Assembly: GCA_009781815.1 (NCBI GenBank)
Contig: WQVB01000001.1
Location: 1 to 34,048, forward strand
Direction of reading: 5' to 3'
Origin: Defluviitaleaceae bacterium
GTDB taxonomy: Bacteria > Bacillota > Clostridia > Lachnospirales > WRAX01
Length of the DNA stretch: 34,048 nt
Positions 32,001 through 34,048 of the stretch are shown in pieces; the first letter of the stretch is position 1, and every line of letters begins with the position of its first letter. The translations under genes were made by a program, and so were the position numbers. The notes under the pieces were generated by a model that was not told where the DNA came from, searched no databases, and worked only from the letters and a program-made list of their open reading frames with translations.

Positions 32001-34048
32001 ATAACCCTTCATCATAAGTTAATTTTGAAGCTGTTTTGCAGAACGCCAAAATAGCCTTTCTGTCCTTTCCATATTGCCCAATCAAGCGCGAGAGCATAGA
32101 GCGATACTGAACCCTATACCGCCCCAACATTGCCGGCAAATCCAATGAGAGCAGACCTAAATCAAAGTTTGAAGATAAGGCATCACGTGCGGCTTCCCAC
32201 GATTGCTTTGCCGCTTCTAATAAATCGGTTTCAGTAGCAAGCTGAGAACCACTTTGCACATGGCGAGCTTGCGCTGCTTTGCTTGTTTTTTCAATCCCAT
32301 CTTGTTGAACAGCTATATCGTTGAGCCGTTGCAACGCTTCGTTATATATAAAAGCCGTGTCGGAGTCCAAAACACTATCGTTTATTGCACGGTTAGCTTC
32401 AATATTGTCCTTTATCGTATTAGTGGCAGAAATAAAAGTGTCAAATTCATTTGTGGCCATCGCCAACGCCTTTAGCGAAACGTTATAACCTTCAATATGA
32501 TTTGATACTGAAGCGTTCGTTGTGTAAATTTCATTGCTTGTATTGACCGATGCTTTAATGCTATCAAAATCTGCTAAAGCAGCTTCGAGCGTTGACTTCG
32601 CTTCATTTCTTGCTAAACGAGCAGATTCACAGATTTCAAGCGTCCCATTCGCTTCGTTCAAATCTAAGGAAACCCATAGTGAAGGAAAAACAGGAGATGT
32701 TTTTGCAAAATTAAATAGCTCTTGGATTTCTGCAATGCTAAACAAACCCCACGAATAGTCGGAGTCTAAAATTTGATTTGTAGTAGAAAATAAAACCTTG
32801 CCTTCTTGAAGCTGATTCATAAATTGCTCAGAATCAACAATAAACCGTTGCCTAAACTCATGCGTTGGTGGCTGTGCCAATATACAGCCATTCCAAGGGT
32901 TGTTTTCTTGATAACCACTCTTTGACACAATTCTGGTAACTTCTTCGAGTGCGCTCTCGCAACCAGCCAATAGGGACGGAGTAAAGTTTTCTGCGTTTTC
33001 CTGAATAAAATCAATGTTGCGGTAATTATCAAACTTTGCTAAATGGCCTGTCACTTGATAAATTGTTTTGCCAAGTGGTTCAACAATCGTGTGTAACTCT
33101 ACGCTGTATTGATTCAAGTTCTTCCGAACATCCTTCAGCCGATATAGGATGTTGTAGGCAGATTGTTGTATGTTCGCCTTTTGACGTGACATTTTTACGG
33201 CTTTGTCGAGTTGTTCAAGAATATCTCTACGCTTGGCTGTGTGGCTATGTAGCGTCAGACAAAACGATGCCAACCCCACATTCGTCAGCCGTTTATAAAC
33301 AACTTCGAGTGCAGCCATTTTTTCGGATACAAATAATACTTTTTTGCCATCAGCAATAAGTTCGGCAATCATATTCGTTATGGTCTGGCTTTTTCCAGTA
33401 CCCGGGGGTCCTTGCAACACAAAACTCGCACCACGCTTAGCAAGCAATATGGCATCTTGCTGGCTTGAATCGGCATCAACAACAGAAAATACATCTTGTG
33501 GTTCTGTATTGTCATGGCTATATGTGCCAATGTCGGACACATCGGCTCCATCACGTAAAACTTCGCCGTTTAATGTTCTCACAATATGGTGGTTGCTGAT
33601 TTTATCAGCATTGCGCTCAATATCAAGGTACATATTTATTTTCATAAACGAAAACATTGAAAGTTGAGATGCGTCGTTTGTAACAGTCCAGCCCAACGAA
33701 GCAACGGCTTGTTCGACATTATCAAGATAATCTGAAAGCTCCATATCTTCATTAAATGTCGGCAAAATGATACCAAAATCGCCAAGTAATTTTTGAGCTA
33801 ACGAATGGTTGGCATTTATTTCTTGTTCGGAGCGCGATAATATTATAGGTGAAAATAAATCCTCTTGTGAAAGTTTAACTGGCAATAAAAGAAGAGGGGA
33901 ACGAATTTCTTGCCCCTCTGTGCCGTTTTCTGCCCAATTAAGAAAACCAAAAGCCAAGTGAAGTGCATTTAACCCTTTTTCCTCGGTAAACTCACGTGAT
34001 TTTTTCATTAGGCTACGAAGAGTTTTATGTGCTTCCTTTGGAACTTGG
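29011..34048 (-). CDS. DUF4011-type Upf1-like SF1 helicase fused to a Vsr/DUF559-like endonuclease and DUF3320-like C-terminal region; N-terminus beyond the right edge
   Basis: The frame is still open at 34047 (..QVPKEAHKTLRSLMKKSREF..), giving at least 1678 aa. Motifs: GFLNW..LLLLPV, Walker A GPPGTGKSQ, Walker B FDEASQ, WHYRSRHEHLI, VQGDERD, NVAVTRAR, then YRIDMAV..IECDG..YH...........DR.R...L...GW...RIWSTDW. Confidence 0.85.
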   Translation of the reverse strand, partial: QVPKEAHKTLRSLMKKSREFTEEKGLNALHLAFGFLNWAENGTEGQEIRSPLLLLPVKLSQEDLFSPIILSRSEQEINANHSLAQKLLGDFGIILPTFNEDMELSDYLDNVEQAVASLGWTVTNDASQLSMFSFMKINMYLDIERNADKISNHHIVRTLNGEVLRDGADVSDIGTYSHDNTEPQDVFSVVDADSSQQDAILLAKRGASFVLQGPPGTGKSQTITNMIAELIADGKKVLFVSEKMAALEVVYKRLTNVGLASFCLTLHSHTAKRRDILEQLDKAVKMSRQKANIQQSAYNILYRLKDVRKNLNQYSVELHTIVEPLGKTIYQVTGHLAKFDNYRNIDFIQENAENFTPSLLAGCESALEEVTRIVSKSGYQENNPWNGCILAQPPTHEFRQRFIVDSEQFMNQLQEGKVLFSTTNQILDSDYSWGLFSIAEIQELFNFAKTSPVFPSLWVSLDLNEANGTLEICESARLARNEAKSTLEAALADFDSIKASVNTSNEIYTTNASVSNHIEGYNVSLKALAMATNEFDTFISATNTIKDNIEANRAINDSVLDSDTAFIYNEALQRLNDIAVQQDGIEKTSKAAQARHVQSGSQLATETDLLEAAKQSWEAARDALSSNFDLGLLSLDLPAMLGRYRVQYRSMLSRLIGQYGKDRKAILAFCKTASKLTYDEGLSLLDNANDALLKKNAFELQTKTVVNAEAKHKSDELEMAKAEQDLSDYVNLLASVKSAYNESIEGLLFAITNTEPGFRSAKTNAESNFAFARQLLFTAMEQAESGYRSQLAKNESTMQDRNKDFAMFLGIVINDQTDFSKLKFDLEWCGQMKQFVKEYSLGSRFIKLVSENNDELRNSMDENISNLRNWQIATMPSFDKFAQLFEAKQGLRYYVLAKLMETLQNCKENFASLEYLIDFRIAEKWLADLSIDSYLEKAKELELTAEEIVPIFKKCFFRSWLDAVIPKYSSIHDFRRLRQDERVALFRDLDKQHLEISKAMVFSKLISRLPNFDAFSANGEIALLRREMAKQRKLMPTRLLIANLPNLLPALKPCVMMSPLSISTYLGNSNYEFDVVIFDEASQVRTEDAIGAIFRAKQVIIAGDSKQLPPTDFFTSSLSTSDEYEEDEDGEVDDTGAYESLLEEASMLPSQTLLWHYRSRHEHLIAFSNAKIYQSTLTTFPSASEKVSGMGVEYIHVVGGTYDKGGKNGNRAEAEKIAELVFEHFRTSPERSLGIIAFGKVQEAAITEAIEEKRRKNWDFEVFFKEGEEESLFIKNLETVQGDERDTIIFSIGYAPDITGKFAMNFGPLSRNGGERRLNVAVTRARYNLKLVGSILPTDIAADRVNSLGPKLLRQYIDFAINGEQAILGEISTSDDLWFDSPFEVSVHEFLTSHGYDVATQIGCSGYRIDMAVKHPKYNGRFAIGIECDGAMYHSARTARERDRLRQTVLEDMGWKIYRIWSTDWIKDRHTEGARLLEAVQNAIDGYREVMPASSVPTAKASDFLDVSTQTAHESAREGARQKVIAVRSKYYGSQMKDIPANDTINTMFNVLQSDFGLDKTGLFKDTALYGYGWQRQGAVIKERFEIALRWLEKRGFVTEESDGKLKVQTDVINEHKRRLNEAKQQDLSAVRTWNELRAFSQKYECGTRWEYRYAHDNGIEIPEHYKRLSEYYLRDDS

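Overview
34 kb from a spore-forming Firmicute (Clostridia-like) chromosome. Positions 1-26.4 kb carry conserved housekeeping and sporulation genes with Bacillus-type origin-proximal synteny: rhomboid, bofA, yaaL; plsY, der, DUF512, pgeF, yraN; ylbJ; two parS sites plus soj-spo0J; TPP riboswitch-thiT; Cof HAD; a ferritin-like protein; purL; a lipoprotein; rsmI, yabB-like methyltransferase, ricT/yaaT, holB, darA/yaaQ, tmk; TetR-MFS. The unusual part of this stretch is non-coding. Twelve intergenic gaps are filled with nested, hairpin-forming palindromic repeats of at least four families (REPIN/MITE-like). They show compensatory stem changes around invariant loops, element-in-element insertions at a fixed hairpin position, a 12-bp flanking duplication that regenerates two gene ends, and read-through of tmk into a repeat. 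From about 26.47 kb to the right edge these repeats disappear and the content becomes accessory. It holds a candidate type I toxin-antitoxin module (35-aa holin-like peptide, sequestered SD, 5'/3' fold-back, convergent antisense promoter), a PdaB-like deacetylase, small or degenerate genes (71-aa protein, short YbjQ, DUF2200 without an ATG) and an orphan TnpV. It ends with an SF1 helicase of at least 1678 aa fused to a Vsr/DUF559-like nuclease and a DUF3320-like tail (DUF4011-type, a candidate Hhe-like defence gene) that runs off the right edge. No rRNA, tRNA or CRISPR array was seen. All calls come from reading the sequence and from remembered family signatures; no searches were run.
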